Notes: generated from the sequence alone by a model not told the origin. 64,000 bases of DNA from Longimicrobiales bacterium (GCA_963422615.1 OY730414.1:1472302-1536301), one strand, 5' to 3'. Positions 19,313-29,532 are shown, counted from the first letter of the stretch. Translations and numbers: made by a program.

Positions 19313-20301
19313 GGCTTGCCTTCCCGGATCGCGCGGGACACCCCGTCCGGGTCCACGTTGCCCCCCGAGACCAGGGCTACGACGACATCCCCTGCCGAGA
19401 GGGGGATGTGGCCAAACATCAGGGCGGCCGTGGCCGCGGCTCCCGAGGGTTCCACCAGGAGCTTGGCCCGAAGCATGAGGAGGCGCATGGCGGACAGAAT
19501 CTCCTCGTCGGAGACCAGGACCACGTCTTCGACGAATTCGGCCACGTACCGGTAGGTCAGATCCCCGGCCATCGGAGCCGCCAAGCCGTCGGCGATGGTG
19601 TCGGTCGCGTCCAGGCGGGCGGGCCGCCCCAAGTCCAGGCTCCTGCGCATTCCGGGAGCTCCCCCGGGTTCCACCCCGAAGATACGGTGTCCCTTGGCCG
19701 TCTTCGCACCCGCGAGCTTGCCCGCCGCCGCCAGAGCTCCGGCGATCCCGGCAATCTGGCCGCCCCCGCCCACGGGCACCACGATGGTGGCAGGCTGGGA
19801 CAGGGCTTCGTCCAATTCCAGTCCCACCGAGCCCTGGCCGGCGATTACCTGCGGCGAATCGAACGGGTGGAGAAAGACAAGCCGTTCCTCCCTGGCCCTC
19901 CTGTGGGCCTCCTGGAATGCATCGGCGGCGCTGCCGTGGAGAACCACGTGCGCCCCGTACCCCCTGGCCGCCAACACCTTCGCTTCGGATGCTCGTTCCG
20001 GCATGACCACGACGGCTCGGGTTCCGGCATTCCGGGCCGCCCAGGCTACGGCCTGCGCATGGTTTCCGGCGGAAACGGTGACCACGCCCCGGGCCCGTTC
20101 GGCGGGCGTCAGGGCAGCAACGGCGTTGAGGGCGCCCCGCACCTTGAACGAACCGGTCTTCTGCAGGTTTTCGCACTTGAGGTACGCCGTCGTCCCGGTG
20201 GGGGCGCCCAGCGTGCGAAAGGAGAGAAGCGGCGTGCGATGAACGGAGTCACCGATCCGGATTCTTGCTGCCTCGAAGTCCTGCCGGGTCAGCCGGGCCA
20301 T
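19303..20301 (-). CDS. PLP-dependent threonine/serine dehydratase (serine racemase-like, no ACT domain)
   Basis: LKCENLQKTGSFKVRGA, SAGNHAQAVA, VPVGGGG, EPSGAA, SGGN motifs. Confidence 0.92.
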   Translation of the reverse strand: MARLTRQDFEAARIRIGDSVHRTPLLSFRTLGAPTGTTAYLKCENLQKTGSFKVRGALNAVAALTPAERARGVVTVSAGNHAQAVAWAARNAGTRAVVVMPERASEAKVLAARGYGAHVVLHGSAADAFQEAHRRAREERLVFLHPFDSPQVIAGQGSVGLELDEALSQPATIVVPVGGGGQIAGIAGALAAAGKLAGAKTAKGHRIFGVEPGGAPGMRRSLDLGRPARLDATDTIADGLAAPMAGDLTYRYVAEFVEDVVLVSDEEILSAMRLLMLRAKLLVEPSGAAATAALMFGHIPLSAGDVVVALVSGGNVDPDGVSRAIREGKPWP

Positions 20302-20432
20302 ACCGGGTTCCTCCGAATGGACAAGGCATCGTGAGGCTCCCGGACCCCGCCGGGAAGGGCGATGCGAGAAGGCGACAGCGTACGCCGATCGGTTGGCCCA
20401 AGACGAGCCCTTGGGGGAAGCAGGCCCGGCGA

Positions 20433-20461
20433 TTGTACTTTCTCACCGAACCCTGTATTAT
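20433..20461 (+). promoter_or_regulatory. Putative sigma70-type promoter of the TonB-dependent receptor
   Basis: TTGTAC (20433-20438), 17-bp spacer, TATTAT (20456-20461), about 55 bp upstream of the ATG; stands out in a GC-rich background. Confidence 0.55.
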
Positions 20462-20514
20462 CGGGCCACTGAATCGTAGGCATCGCTTTCCCCTTTACCA
20501 GGACAGATCACCGA

Positions 20515-23181
20515 ATGTTCGTCAGCTTGCGGTTGGCCAGGCTGTTCTTGTTCACGATCACCGTCGCCTTCGCATGGCCGGCCGAGGCCCAGGAAGGTAC
20601 CATCACGGGCCGGGTAACGGACATTGAGACGGGGGAGCCCCTGTTCGGCGCCGCCGTTGAAGTGCTGGGACAGGCGGGTGTGCAGCAGACCGATGATCTC
20701 GGCCGTTTCCGGCTGTCGGTCTCTTCGGGAGGCCACTCGGTGGTCGTCGCTCTGATCGGCTACGAGACCCAAAGGGTTGACGGAGTTGACGTCGTCGGGG
20801 GAGGAACGGCGGAGGTTGATATCGCCCTCTCGTCCCAGGCTCTCGTCCTCAACCCCGTCGTCGTAACGGCTTCCCGCCGCCAGGAGAAGGCCCTGGATGC
20901 GCCCGCCTCGGTTTCCACGGTCTCCTCGAGCGACATCGCCCGGGTCGCGGCGACCACCCCGGCAGAGCATGTGAGGACGCTTCCCGGAATCGATATGGTC
21001 CAGACCGGGCTGACCCAGAGCAGCATTGTGGCGCGCGGGTTCAACAATGTCTTTTCGGGAAGCATGCTGACGATCATCGACAATCGGTACGCCCGCTTGC
21101 CCTCCCTTCGCTACAACGCGCACAACATGATCCCGACGACGGATCTGGACATCGAACGGATCGAAGTATCCTTGGGGCCCGGTGCCGCCCTATACGGCCC
21201 CAACGCGACTTCGGGAGTCATGCACATCATCACTTCCTCTCCCATCGACCGACCGGGAACCACCGTGTCCATGGCGGGGGGGGAGCGGTCTGTCTTTCAC
21301 GGCCAGTTCCGGACCGCCCACGCCGTGTCCGACCAATTCGGCATGAAGTTCTCCGGTCAGTACTTCCGGGGCGACGACTTCGAATATGTGGACCCCGTGG
21401 AGGCGCGGATCGGAAAAACCCGGGACAACCTCAACGAGCGATACTCTGCGGACGCCCGCTTCGACTTCCGCTTTGCCGACGATGCAGACCTCGTCATCGC
21501 CGGCGGGCTCAACGTGGCTGCCAGCAGCATCGAGCTCACCGGGGTCGGTGCGGCGCATGCGAACGGATGGGCGACCCGGTATGTGCAGACCCGTTTCTCG
21601 GCGGGCCGTTTCTTCGCCCAGGCATTCCTCAACCAGACCGACGCGGGCAACGAGACCGTTCTTCTGCGAACCGATGGCGACAAGATCTCCGACGAATCCC
21701 GCGCCTTGGCGTTTCAGATTCAGCATGGATTCGATGTCAAGGACTGGCAGAGCTTCACCTATGGGGTCGACTGGCAACGCGCGGAGCCCCGCACGAACGG
21801 GACCATCACGGGACGAAACGAAGACGACGACAACATCAGCGAGGTCGGAGCCTACATACACTCGGAGACGGCTCTCGGGGACAAGCTGGACTTGGTGACG
21901 GCCATTCGGGGGGACGACCACAGCCGTCTGGCAGACCCGAACATCTCTCCCCGGGCGGCCCTTGTGTTCAAGCCCGGATCCGACCAGAACTTCCGCCTGA
22001 CCTTCAACCGGGCTTTCCAAACGCCGGGCACCAACACTTTCTTCCTGGACATCGTGGCGTTCGACCTGAATGAGTTCGGCATTCCGTACAAGCTTCGGGC
22101 TTTGGGCGTTCCTCCGGGCGGATTCACGTTCTCCGACCAGTGCGCGGGCGGGCACATGTCCTACTGCATGCGGTCGCCGTTTGCCCCGGGCAAGGTTCCC
22201 GCGAATGCGGGGCCGTTCTGGGATGCTCTGGTCGCGCAGCTCCCGCAACTCGATCCCCGGCTGGCAGCCCTGGTCCCGTTCCTGTTGAGGCCGGGAGCGC
22301 TTCCCACCGACCCGGCGCTGGGGACGGTGTTCCGTCGCCTGGACCAGCTCGCCGTTGAGACGGGCGGGGACCCGTTCCCCCTGGACGAGAGGGACATCCG
22401 CGACATTGCCGACATCAAGCCCACCATTCACAACACCTATGAACTCGGCTACAAGGGATTGATTCGCGACAGGGTCCTTCTGGCTGCCGACGTCTACTTC
22501 GCCAACATAGAGAACTTCGTGGGCCCGCTTCGAGTGGAGACGCCCAACGTCTTCCTGGAGCCTGGCAGCGTACAGGCGTTTGTGACGAATCGCTTAGCGA
22601 CCCTGATTCAGGCCGGGGTGGTGACCCAGAAGCAGGTCGCAGACATCATCGCGGGGCTAGCCGCCGTCCCCTTGGGCACCGTGGTTCCAGACCAGGTTGA
22701 CGATTCCGACCTCATCTTGACCTACCGGAATTTCGGAGAGGTTGATTACTGGGGAACCGACTTGGCCGCCCAGTTTCTGCTCTCGGACCGGATGCGGATT
22801 CGAGGCAACTATTCCTTCCAGAGCGACGAGTGCTTCGACTTCGATCGCGACGGCGTATGCACGACCGCGGGCGATATTGCCCTCAATGCCCCGAATCACA
22901 AGGGGTCCGTGGGCTTCACGTTTGATGACCAAGGCGCGGGATTTTCGCTAAACGGGCGTCTGCGGATGTCCGGGGGTTTCCCCATGAACTCAGGCGTGTA
23001 TGTCGGGGATGTGGACAGCTATCAAGTCGTGGATGCCGGGGTCGGAGTTCGACTTCCATTCCAGCCATCCACCCGGATTACCCTGACCGCGAGCAATCTC
23101 CTTGACAACAAGCATCAAGAATTCATCGGTGCACCGGAGCTGGGCAGACTGCTTCTGTTCCGCGTGCGCTACGATTTCTGA
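20515..23181 (+). CDS. TonB-dependent outer-membrane receptor
   Basis: Signal peptide, carboxypeptidase-regulatory-like N-domain (GTITGRVTD), VVVTASR, plug motif IERIEVSLGPGAALYG, C-terminal RYDF. Confidence 0.93.
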   Translation: MFVSLRLARLFLFTITVAFAWPAEAQEGTITGRVTDIETGEPLFGAAVEVLGQAGVQQTDDLGRFRLSVSSGGHSVVVALIGYETQRVDGVDVVGGGTAEVDIALSSQALVLNPVVVTASRRQEKALDAPASVSTVSSSDIARVAATTPAEHVRTLPGIDMVQTGLTQSSIVARGFNNVFSGSMLTIIDNRYARLPSLRYNAHNMIPTTDLDIERIEVSLGPGAALYGPNATSGVMHIITSSPIDRPGTTVSMAGGERSVFHGQFRTAHAVSDQFGMKFSGQYFRGDDFEYVDPVEARIGKTRDNLNERYSADARFDFRFADDADLVIAGGLNVAASSIELTGVGAAHANGWATRYVQTRFSAGRFFAQAFLNQTDAGNETVLLRTDGDKISDESRALAFQIQHGFDVKDWQSFTYGVDWQRAEPRTNGTITGRNEDDDNISEVGAYIHSETALGDKLDLVTAIRGDDHSRLADPNISPRAALVFKPGSDQNFRLTFNRAFQTPGTNTFFLDIVAFDLNEFGIPYKLRALGVPPGGFTFSDQCAGGHMSYCMRSPFAPGKVPANAGPFWDALVAQLPQLDPRLAALVPFLLRPGALPTDPALGTVFRRLDQLAVETGGDPFPLDERDIRDIADIKPTIHNTYELGYKGLIRDRVLLAADVYFANIENFVGPLRVETPNVFLEPGSVQAFVTNRLATLIQAGVVTQKQVADIIAGLAAVPLGTVVPDQVDDSDLILTYRNFGEVDYWGTDLAAQFLLSDRMRIRGNYSFQSDECFDFDRDGVCTTAGDIALNAPNHKGSVGFTFDDQGAGFSLNGRLRMSGGFPMNSGVYVGDVDSYQVVDAGVGVRLPFQPSTRITLTASNLLDNKHQEFIGAPELGRLLLFRVRYDF

Positions 23182-23314
23182 TGTTCTGAGGATTTGCGCT
23201 TCGCCCCCGTGCGTTCGCCGAAATGGTGGCAACGGGGTTGACGGGTATGAGACCGCAGGCGGTTGGCCGACCTTGAAGTACAAGAGCCCCCGGACAAGTT
23301 GGTGAGGAGAATTC

Positions 23315-24643
23315 ATGAAAATCGTTCTGGGATACTCAGGGGGCCTTGACACGTCGGTGATCGTGCCGTGGCTGCGGGAAGCGTACGGCGCGGAGGTTAT
23401 CTGCATGGCTGCAGACGTAGGCCAGGAGGGCGGGGTGGATCGGTTGGCCGGGAAGGCCTTCGCCACGGGCGCTTCCGCGTTCTTCGGAGAAGATCTGAGG
23501 GAAGACTTCGTTTCCCAGTACATTCTGCCCGTGATTCGGGCCGGCGCGATCTACAGCAGGAAGTACCTGCTGGGCACCGCCATGGCCCGCCCGCTGATTT
23601 CCAGGCGAATGGTGGAGATTGCCCGGGAAACCGGCGCCGACGCCTTGGCCCACGGCTGCACGGGGAAAGGGAACGACCAGCTTCGCTTCGAACTCTCCTT
23701 CCACGCCCTGGCCCCCGACTTGGCCGTCATCGCACCCTGGCGAGAGTGGGACATCACCTCCCGGGAAGAGGCCTTGGCCTTTGCCCGCACCCGGGGTATC
23801 ACCTTGAACGTTGACGAAGACAAGCTCTACTCCCGGGACGAGAACCTGTGGCACACCAGCCACGAAGGAGGTCCTTTGGAGGACCCGGCGAACGTCCCCG
23901 ACCCGGATGTGTTTCTCAGGACCCGGGATCCTGTGGATGCTCCGGAGGAACCTCTTGACTTGGCGCTGGGCTTCGAGGCGGGCGTTCCGGTTGCGATCGA
24001 CGGACGGAAGCTTTCACCCCTGCCGCTTCTGGAGGTGCTGAACCGCTTGGGGTCCCGGCACGGCGTGGGCCGGGCCGACGTGATTGAGGACCGGGTTGTG
24101 GGCATCAAGTCCCGGGGGGTGTACGAAACCCCGGGGGGAACGGTCCTTCTGACGGCCCTTCAGGAACTGGAACAACTCGTTCTTTCCCGCAGGTCCCTGT
24201 CTTTGAAGGATGGGCTGGCCCCCCGCTACGCCGACCTGGTCTACGAAGGCCGATGGTGGACGCCCGAACGCCAAGCGATGGACGCCATGGTGGATTCCCT
24301 GATGGCGCCCGTTACCGGGACCGTTCGCCTGCGCCTTTACAAGGGCCAGGTTACCGTGCTTTCCCGAACCAGTCCCACCTCCCTCTACGATCTGGGTTTG
24401 GCCTCTTTTGGCGAAAGTGAAGGGTTTGCCCACTCCGACGCCACCGGCTTCGTCAAGCTCTTCGGACTTCCCCTGCGGGCCGTATCGCGGCAGCAGGGTA
24501 TCGAGGTTCAGCGATCCTCGGGTTCCGGGAGCCCGGGGAATGCCGCGCCCCCGAAACCGGTAGCCGACGGCGACTCCCCCGGGGCGGTGAAGGAGTCTCC
24601 TCCCCGGGGCGCCCCGGAGCGGAATCGCGTCCGGGCCGTCTGA
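23315..24643 (+). CDS. argG: Argininosuccinate synthase
   Basis: YSGGLDTS, HGCTGKGNDQLRF, YSRDENLWH, KSRGVYETPGG; SD GAGGAG. Confidence 0.97.
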   Translation: MKIVLGYSGGLDTSVIVPWLREAYGAEVICMAADVGQEGGVDRLAGKAFATGASAFFGEDLREDFVSQYILPVIRAGAIYSRKYLLGTAMARPLISRRMVEIARETGADALAHGCTGKGNDQLRFELSFHALAPDLAVIAPWREWDITSREEALAFARTRGITLNVDEDKLYSRDENLWHTSHEGGPLEDPANVPDPDVFLRTRDPVDAPEEPLDLALGFEAGVPVAIDGRKLSPLPLLEVLNRLGSRHGVGRADVIEDRVVGIKSRGVYETPGGTVLLTALQELEQLVLSRRSLSLKDGLAPRYADLVYEGRWWTPERQAMDAMVDSLMAPVTGTVRLRLYKGQVTVLSRTSPTSLYDLGLASFGESEGFAHSDATGFVKLFGLPLRAVSRQQGIEVQRSSGSGSPGNAAPPKPVADGDSPGAVKESPPRGAPERNRVRAV

Positions 24644-24680
24644 CCCTTCGTTCTTTGCGCCAGTTGCGCTGCTCCTTCCC

Positions 24681-26135
24681 GTGAGCCGGTCCGGGCCTGC
24701 TTCGGGCTCCGGTGGGGCAGGGCTCCGCCACTCTCTCTGGGGCGGTCGGTTTCAAGGGGAGCTTGGCGAAGAGATGGTGGCCCTCAACCGTTCCCTGGAC
24801 ACGGACTGGCGCCTTTGGCGTCACGATGTTCGCGGAAGTCGAGCGTGGGCGCTGGCCCTCGAACGAGCCGGGGTGTTGTCAACTACGGAGGCCGGGGTCA
24901 TCGGACGGGGCCTGGATCGGGTGGCGGAACGCCTGGAGGCGCTTCCGGGCCCCGAGGGTTTTCCCGACGAGGACATCCACTCGGTCGTGGAACGCCTCCT
25001 CACTGAAACCGTCGGTCCTGTGGGGGGGAAGCTTCACACCGGTCGCTCCCGAAACGACCAGGTCGCGACCGACTTCCGCATGTGGGGTCTTGAAGCCGTC
25101 CGCACGCGGGTCAACGAGCTCGCAGCCTTGATCGAAAGCATCGCAAACAAGGCTCGAAGCGTAACCGGCGTGGTCATGCCGGCCTACACCCACCTTCAGC
25201 GGGCCCAGCCGGTGCCCGTCGCCCACTGGCTGCTCTCCCTGGCTTGGCCTCTGGTGCGCGACGTGGAGTACCTCGGGACCGTGGCGGGAGCGTGCGACGT
25301 CCTGCCCCTGGGTTCGGGTGCGGTTGCCGGCTGCCCCTTCGCCATCGATCGGGAACGGCTGGCCGCCGACCTCGGCTTCAGCCGCGTCTCCGAGAACTCC
25401 ATCGACACCGTTGCGGACCGAGATTGGGTGGCGGGCCTCCTTTTTGCCGCGGCCATGGCGGGGATTCACCTCTCTCGGATCGCCGAAGACCTGGTTGTCT
25501 TTTCCAGCGCCGAGTTCGGGTTCGTCCGCCTTGGGGACGGCTTCACCACGGGATCTTCTCTCATGCCGCAGAAGCGGAACCCCGACGTAGCCGAACTGAC
25601 CCGGGGCAAATCAGGGCGCCTTGTGGGGAATCTGGTCGGGATCCTTACGGTGCTGAAGGGATTGCCCAGCGGCTACAATCGGGACCTGCAGGAAGACAAG
25701 GAGGTGGCGTTCGATTCGATGGACACGCTGGCCCTCGTTCTGCCCGCTATGACAGGGGCGATCCGCAGCATGAGCGTGAACCGCGCCCGAGTCGCCCAAG
25801 CCCTAGGCCCCGAGGTCTACGCCACCGATCTTGCCGACTACCTTGTCCGCAAGGGAGTGCCCTTCCGAGAGGGCCACCGGGGGGTCGGGGCGCTGGTTCG
25901 GGTTGCTGCCGCTTCGGGGCGGGGGTTGAACGAGCTTGCCCTGGACGAGATGAAGGCGGTCCATCCCGCCTTCGCCGAAGATGTGTTTTCCGTCTTCGAT
26001 CTTGCCGCTTCAGTGGCGTCCCGCGCAGTTCGCGGGGGCACGGCGGAGGCGGCCCTTCAGATCCAGCTGGAAGCCCTGACCGACTCCCTGGCCACCGCGC
26101 GTCGCGGCAGCACGACCAACCCACGGATACCCTAG
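24681..26135 (+). CDS. argH: Argininosuccinate lyase
   Basis: LWGGRF, HTGRSRNDQ, YTHLQRAQP, GSSLMPQKRNPD, YNRDLQEDK. Confidence 0.97.
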   Translation: MSRSGPASGSGGAGLRHSLWGGRFQGELGEEMVALNRSLDTDWRLWRHDVRGSRAWALALERAGVLSTTEAGVIGRGLDRVAERLEALPGPEGFPDEDIHSVVERLLTETVGPVGGKLHTGRSRNDQVATDFRMWGLEAVRTRVNELAALIESIANKARSVTGVVMPAYTHLQRAQPVPVAHWLLSLAWPLVRDVEYLGTVAGACDVLPLGSGAVAGCPFAIDRERLAADLGFSRVSENSIDTVADRDWVAGLLFAAAMAGIHLSRIAEDLVVFSSAEFGFVRLGDGFTTGSSLMPQKRNPDVAELTRGKSGRLVGNLVGILTVLKGLPSGYNRDLQEDKEVAFDSMDTLALVLPAMTGAIRSMSVNRARVAQALGPEVYATDLADYLVRKGVPFREGHRGVGALVRVAAASGRGLNELALDEMKAVHPAFAEDVFSVFDLAASVASRAVRGGTAEAALQIQLEALTDSLATARRGSTTNPRIP

Positions 26136-26867
26136 ATGACGCCTTCGACCCAGGCGAGACTGGCCCGTTCGTCCCCGATGAACCTGAAGAATGCGGCGGG
26201 CGCATGCGCAGCGCGCTGTGTCGGCTCCGGGATGCGCCTCGGGCTTGGAACGGGCTCGACCGTGGCCCACTTCCTGGCTTCCTTGGGTCGACGAATCGCC
26301 AGGGGCGAAGTGTCGGGCGTGGTGGGGGTCCCCACCTCGGTCCGAACGGAGCGGGCAGCCCGGGAGCTGGAGATACCTTTGGGGACGCTGGACGCCCTGG
26401 GGGCGCTTGACTTGGCCGTTGATGGGGCGGACGAAGTGGACCCGCAGCTGAATCTCGTCAAGGGATTGGGTGGGGCCCTGTTGCGGGAGAAGATCGTCGT
26501 GCAAGCGTCGAAGCGCATGCTGGTCATCGCGGACGAGGGGAAGCTGGTGGGCCGGCTTGGGGAGCGGGTGCCCCTGCCCGTGGAGGCGGTGCCCTTTGGA
26601 TGCGAGCGTCACTTGGACTGGTTCCGCGCCTTGGGGGCCGACCCGTCGGTTCGGGTCCGGAAGAACGGTGAAGCGTACCGGACCGACAACGGAAACGTGA
26701 TCATCGACTGTTCCTTCCCCGGCGGCATCGACGATCCGGCCGCGCTGGAAGAGCGTCTCGCCCGCCGAGCAGGCGTGGTGGCGTCGGGGTTGTTCCTGGG
26801 GATGGCGGACGAAGCCATCATCGCCGGGAGCACCGGAATTCGCCGCATGAGCCCCGTGGAGCCGTGA
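26136..26867 (+). CDS. rpiA: Ribose-5-phosphate isomerase A
   Basis: GLGTGST, DGADEVD, KGLGGALLREK, TDNGN; start may be the later ATG of MNLKNAA. Confidence 0.96.
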   Translation: MTPSTQARLARSSPMNLKNAAGACAARCVGSGMRLGLGTGSTVAHFLASLGRRIARGEVSGVVGVPTSVRTERAARELEIPLGTLDALGALDLAVDGADEVDPQLNLVKGLGGALLREKIVVQASKRMLVIADEGKLVGRLGERVPLPVEAVPFGCERHLDWFRALGADPSVRVRKNGEAYRTDNGNVIIDCSFPGGIDDPAALEERLARRAGVVASGLFLGMADEAIIAGSTGIRRMSPVEP

Positions 26868-27553
26868 GCGTCAAGGTTGCCCCGTCCATCCTGGCGTGCC
26901 GCTTTGCGGAGCTGGGCAAGGAGGTGCGGTTAGCCGACCGAGCCGGGGGGGATTGGGTCCATGTGGACGTGATGGACGGCCACTTCGTCCCCAACATCAC
27001 CGTGGGTCCTCTGATCGTGGAGGCGGTCCGGGAAGTCACATCCCGGCCGGTGGATGCGCACCTCATGATTTCGGATCCGGATCGCTATGCGCCCGCTTTC
27101 GCGGAGGCCGGGGCCGACCGGATCACGATCCATGCGGAGGCGACGGTCCACCTCCACCGCACCCTCTCCCTGATCCGCACGCTGGGAAAGGGGGTGGGCG
27201 TGGCCGTGAACCCCGCTACGCCCGTCTCGGCCATCGAAGAAGTGCTGGACTGGGTCGACTTGGTTTTGATCATGTCGGTGAACCCGGGCTTCGGGGGCCA
27301 GGAGTTCATCCCCCGATCGGTGGCCAAGATTTCCCGCGCCCGAGCCCTCATCGAAGCCCGCAGACCCGGCAAAATCGAGCTCCAGGTGGACGGCGGGGTC
27401 AGTCCGGAGACGGCGCCGACCCTCGTCCGGGCAGGGGCCACGGTCCTGGTGGCGGGCTCCTCCGTGTTCGGCCATCCGGGAGGTGTAGCGGCTGGCGTCC
27501 AGGCGCTTCGTTCAGCCGTTCAGGGGGTTGACTGGTCGAGTCGGGAGGGCTGA
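26864..27553 (+). CDS. rpe: Ribulose-phosphate 3-epimerase
   Basis: APSIL, HVDVMDGHFVPN, MSVNPGFGGQ, VDGG, VAGS; GTGA overlap with rpiA. Confidence 0.97.
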   Translation: MSVKVAPSILACRFAELGKEVRLADRAGGDWVHVDVMDGHFVPNITVGPLIVEAVREVTSRPVDAHLMISDPDRYAPAFAEAGADRITIHAEATVHLHRTLSLIRTLGKGVGVAVNPATPVSAIEEVLDWVDLVLIMSVNPGFGGQEFIPRSVAKISRARALIEARRPGKIELQVDGGVSPETAPTLVRAGATVLVAGSSVFGHPGGVAAGVQALRSAVQGVDWSSREG

Positions 27554-28558
27554 AGGCGCACTCCCCGCTTCTCCGTGCTCCTCAACGAACGCTTCCGCGC
27601 CTTCCGGGAGAAGTAGGTTGTCCGCGATTTCGGCAATCTCTTCCGCTTCTCGCCACGCGTGTTCCAGCAACCACAGTTCCCCGTCCAGGGCCCTCCGTTC
27701 CTGCTCCTCGTGGAGGGCCATTTCGAGCGCGAGTTTGGTCGGTTTCGGCATCTTGTTGACGTAACCCGGCACACCCTTCTTGTCCCTGAAGCGGTCTCCT
27801 TCCGAGACGTCCAGGAGAAACCGGCTCGGATGGCCGAGGGCTTCGATCTCGGTCACGGCTTCCCGAACCGTTTCCCGCTTCCCGCCCATGGCATTCATCT
27901 TGGGAAGAATCAGCCCGGCGAAACGACGCGCTTGGCCGCCCTCGTACCACGTCTTTCTTTTTTTCTTCCGGACCTGGATCTTGAAGCCGGGGTCGTCCTC
28001 GGTGCGACGGATGCGGGTGCCCAAGAGGTCGATGCGCTTCAGCTTGATGGCACCTCCTTCGTCTGTGCGAAGTTTCACCAGCGTGCGTCCGTTCATCCAA
28101 ATGTTGTAGAAGTTGCCGACTTGACCGACCACGGCACCGCTGATGATGCCGGCTGCCGCGCCCCCGATCACCACGCCGCCGAAGGCGACCGCAGCGGCGG
28201 TTCCGTACAGAATCCGACGGCGGCGGCGACGGCCGAATTGGTCGCCGTAGCGCCAAGCCGCAAACTCCGGGCGAAGGGGTTTGCCGATTCGGACCAGCTC
28301 CAACCCCTCCCCGTGGCGCGCCAGACCAATGTTTTCGCTGGATACCCGGACCCGCGTGCTCCGAAAGATCCTTTCGCACGCCTCCACCGCCTCCCAGCGT
28401 TCCTCCAGTGGGGTGAGATTCCATCGCTCACACTTCTTGCACACCACCCAGAGACGCCCCTGCGCGGCGTCGAAAGCGAGCCTCCGCCCGACGGGGAAGG
28501 TCTCGATCACCTCGTTCGACCCCAGGGGCTTTTTGCAGAACATGCAGACGCTGTACAA
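27512..28558 (-). CDS. Conserved hypothetical protein with N-terminal CxxC...CxxC zinc ribbon and central TM segment
   Basis: CMFC...CKKC, RRRRR followed by a Gly-rich hydrophobic helix, acidic C-terminus; coding-like codon usage; TTG start. Confidence 0.75.
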   Translation of the reverse strand: MYSVCMFCKKPLGSNEVIETFPVGRRLAFDAAQGRLWVVCKKCERWNLTPLEERWEAVEACERIFRSTRVRVSSENIGLARHGEGLELVRIGKPLRPEFAAWRYGDQFGRRRRRRILYGTAAAVAFGGVVIGGAAAGIISGAVVGQVGNFYNIWMNGRTLVKLRTDEGGAIKLKRIDLLGTRIRRTEDDPGFKIQVRKKKRKTWYEGGQARRFAGLILPKMNAMGGKRETVREAVTEIEALGHPSRFLLDVSEGDRFRDKKGVPGYVNKMPKPTKLALEMALHEEQERRALDGELWLLEHAWREAEEIAEIADNLLLPEGAEAFVEEHGEAGSAPSALPTRPVNPLNG

Positions 28559-28772
28559 GGAGATCCTCTCGCTTCGGAGATTCCTACGCTACTTTTCTGT
28601 CCATAACGAACATACGGGGACAGGCCCGCGATTTCTTCCCCCCGAGGAAGGCTTCTTCCTCCGAGTAATCGGACAGATGGTTGTCCCAAGCCTTCGTTCC
28701 CCTCATGGAGCCCGACCCAACTTCCGGGCGAGTTCCCCGGCAACCATGAGACCCCGGTGTTACTTTGTCCGT

Positions 28773-29405
28773 ATGAAGATCATCGGTCGCGTCGTCCGTT
28801 GGCTGGGAGCCGCCTTCGTGTTAACGGTGCTCCCCTTCTTCCTGCTCATCCGGGGCGGGGTGTTCGCGTACCGCGAGTGGGCGCTGGGGACCTGGCCCTC
28901 CATACTTCTTTCGGCGGCCGCCACCGTCCTTCTTCTCGCCCTCTACGCTTGGGGCGCGACCCGCCGCCTCCGGGCGAGGAACGGGATCCGGAAGTTCTTC
29001 GTTCGCATGATGGCGGCAGTCGGCGTCGCCTACATCGCGTATGCCCTCGTTTTCGTCGCCGGGGCGAACGTGAAGTCCGACGAAGTGCGGGCCGGGTACA
29101 CGTCCCTCCATCCCTTGCTCCGGCTAGGGGCGAGCGCCCTCATCCTCGCGGATCCGGCGTCGGTCATCACAGACGCGAAGCGAACGCCCGAGGACTACGC
29201 CCTCATGGGCCTATCCGTGAACGAAGCGTCCCTCCACTTCCCGCAGGAGGACGGATTCGTCCACGCCCTGGACCTGAGGACCCTTGGCCGTTCCCGTTGG
29301 AGGAACAAGATGGTGGAGATCGGGTTTTGGGCCCTGGGTTTCCATTCCCTGCGCCACGTGGGAACCGCCGATCACCTTCACGTGTCCCTGAGGCTTCCGA
29401 AGTAA
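28773..29405 (+). CDS. Membrane protein with C-terminal peptidase M15-like (LAS) zinc motif
   Basis: Three TM helices, then ITDAKR...SLH...ALDLR...DHLHVS; ATG at 28773. Confidence 0.65.
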   Translation: MKIIGRVVRWLGAAFVLTVLPFFLLIRGGVFAYREWALGTWPSILLSAAATVLLLALYAWGATRRLRARNGIRKFFVRMMAAVGVAYIAYALVFVAGANVKSDEVRAGYTSLHPLLRLGASALILADPASVITDAKRTPEDYALMGLSVNEASLHFPQEDGFVHALDLRTLGRSRWRNKMVEIGFWALGFHSLRHVGTADHLHVSLRLPK

Positions 29406-29532
29406 ACCGGGGTGGGGCCTGGCTTGCCCGGGGCTGCGGTACCGTCGCTTTGCGGGTGCGGCGGCCCCCGCCGGATAAGGGCGAGAACCGCCAGCGGTGC
29501 CCGAGCCGGTTCCCCCCTTCATCCGATCCGGC

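Noticed and set aside
23182..23314. ArgR boxes upstream of argG
   Set aside because: No AT-rich TGAATwwwwATTCA-like palindrome is visible
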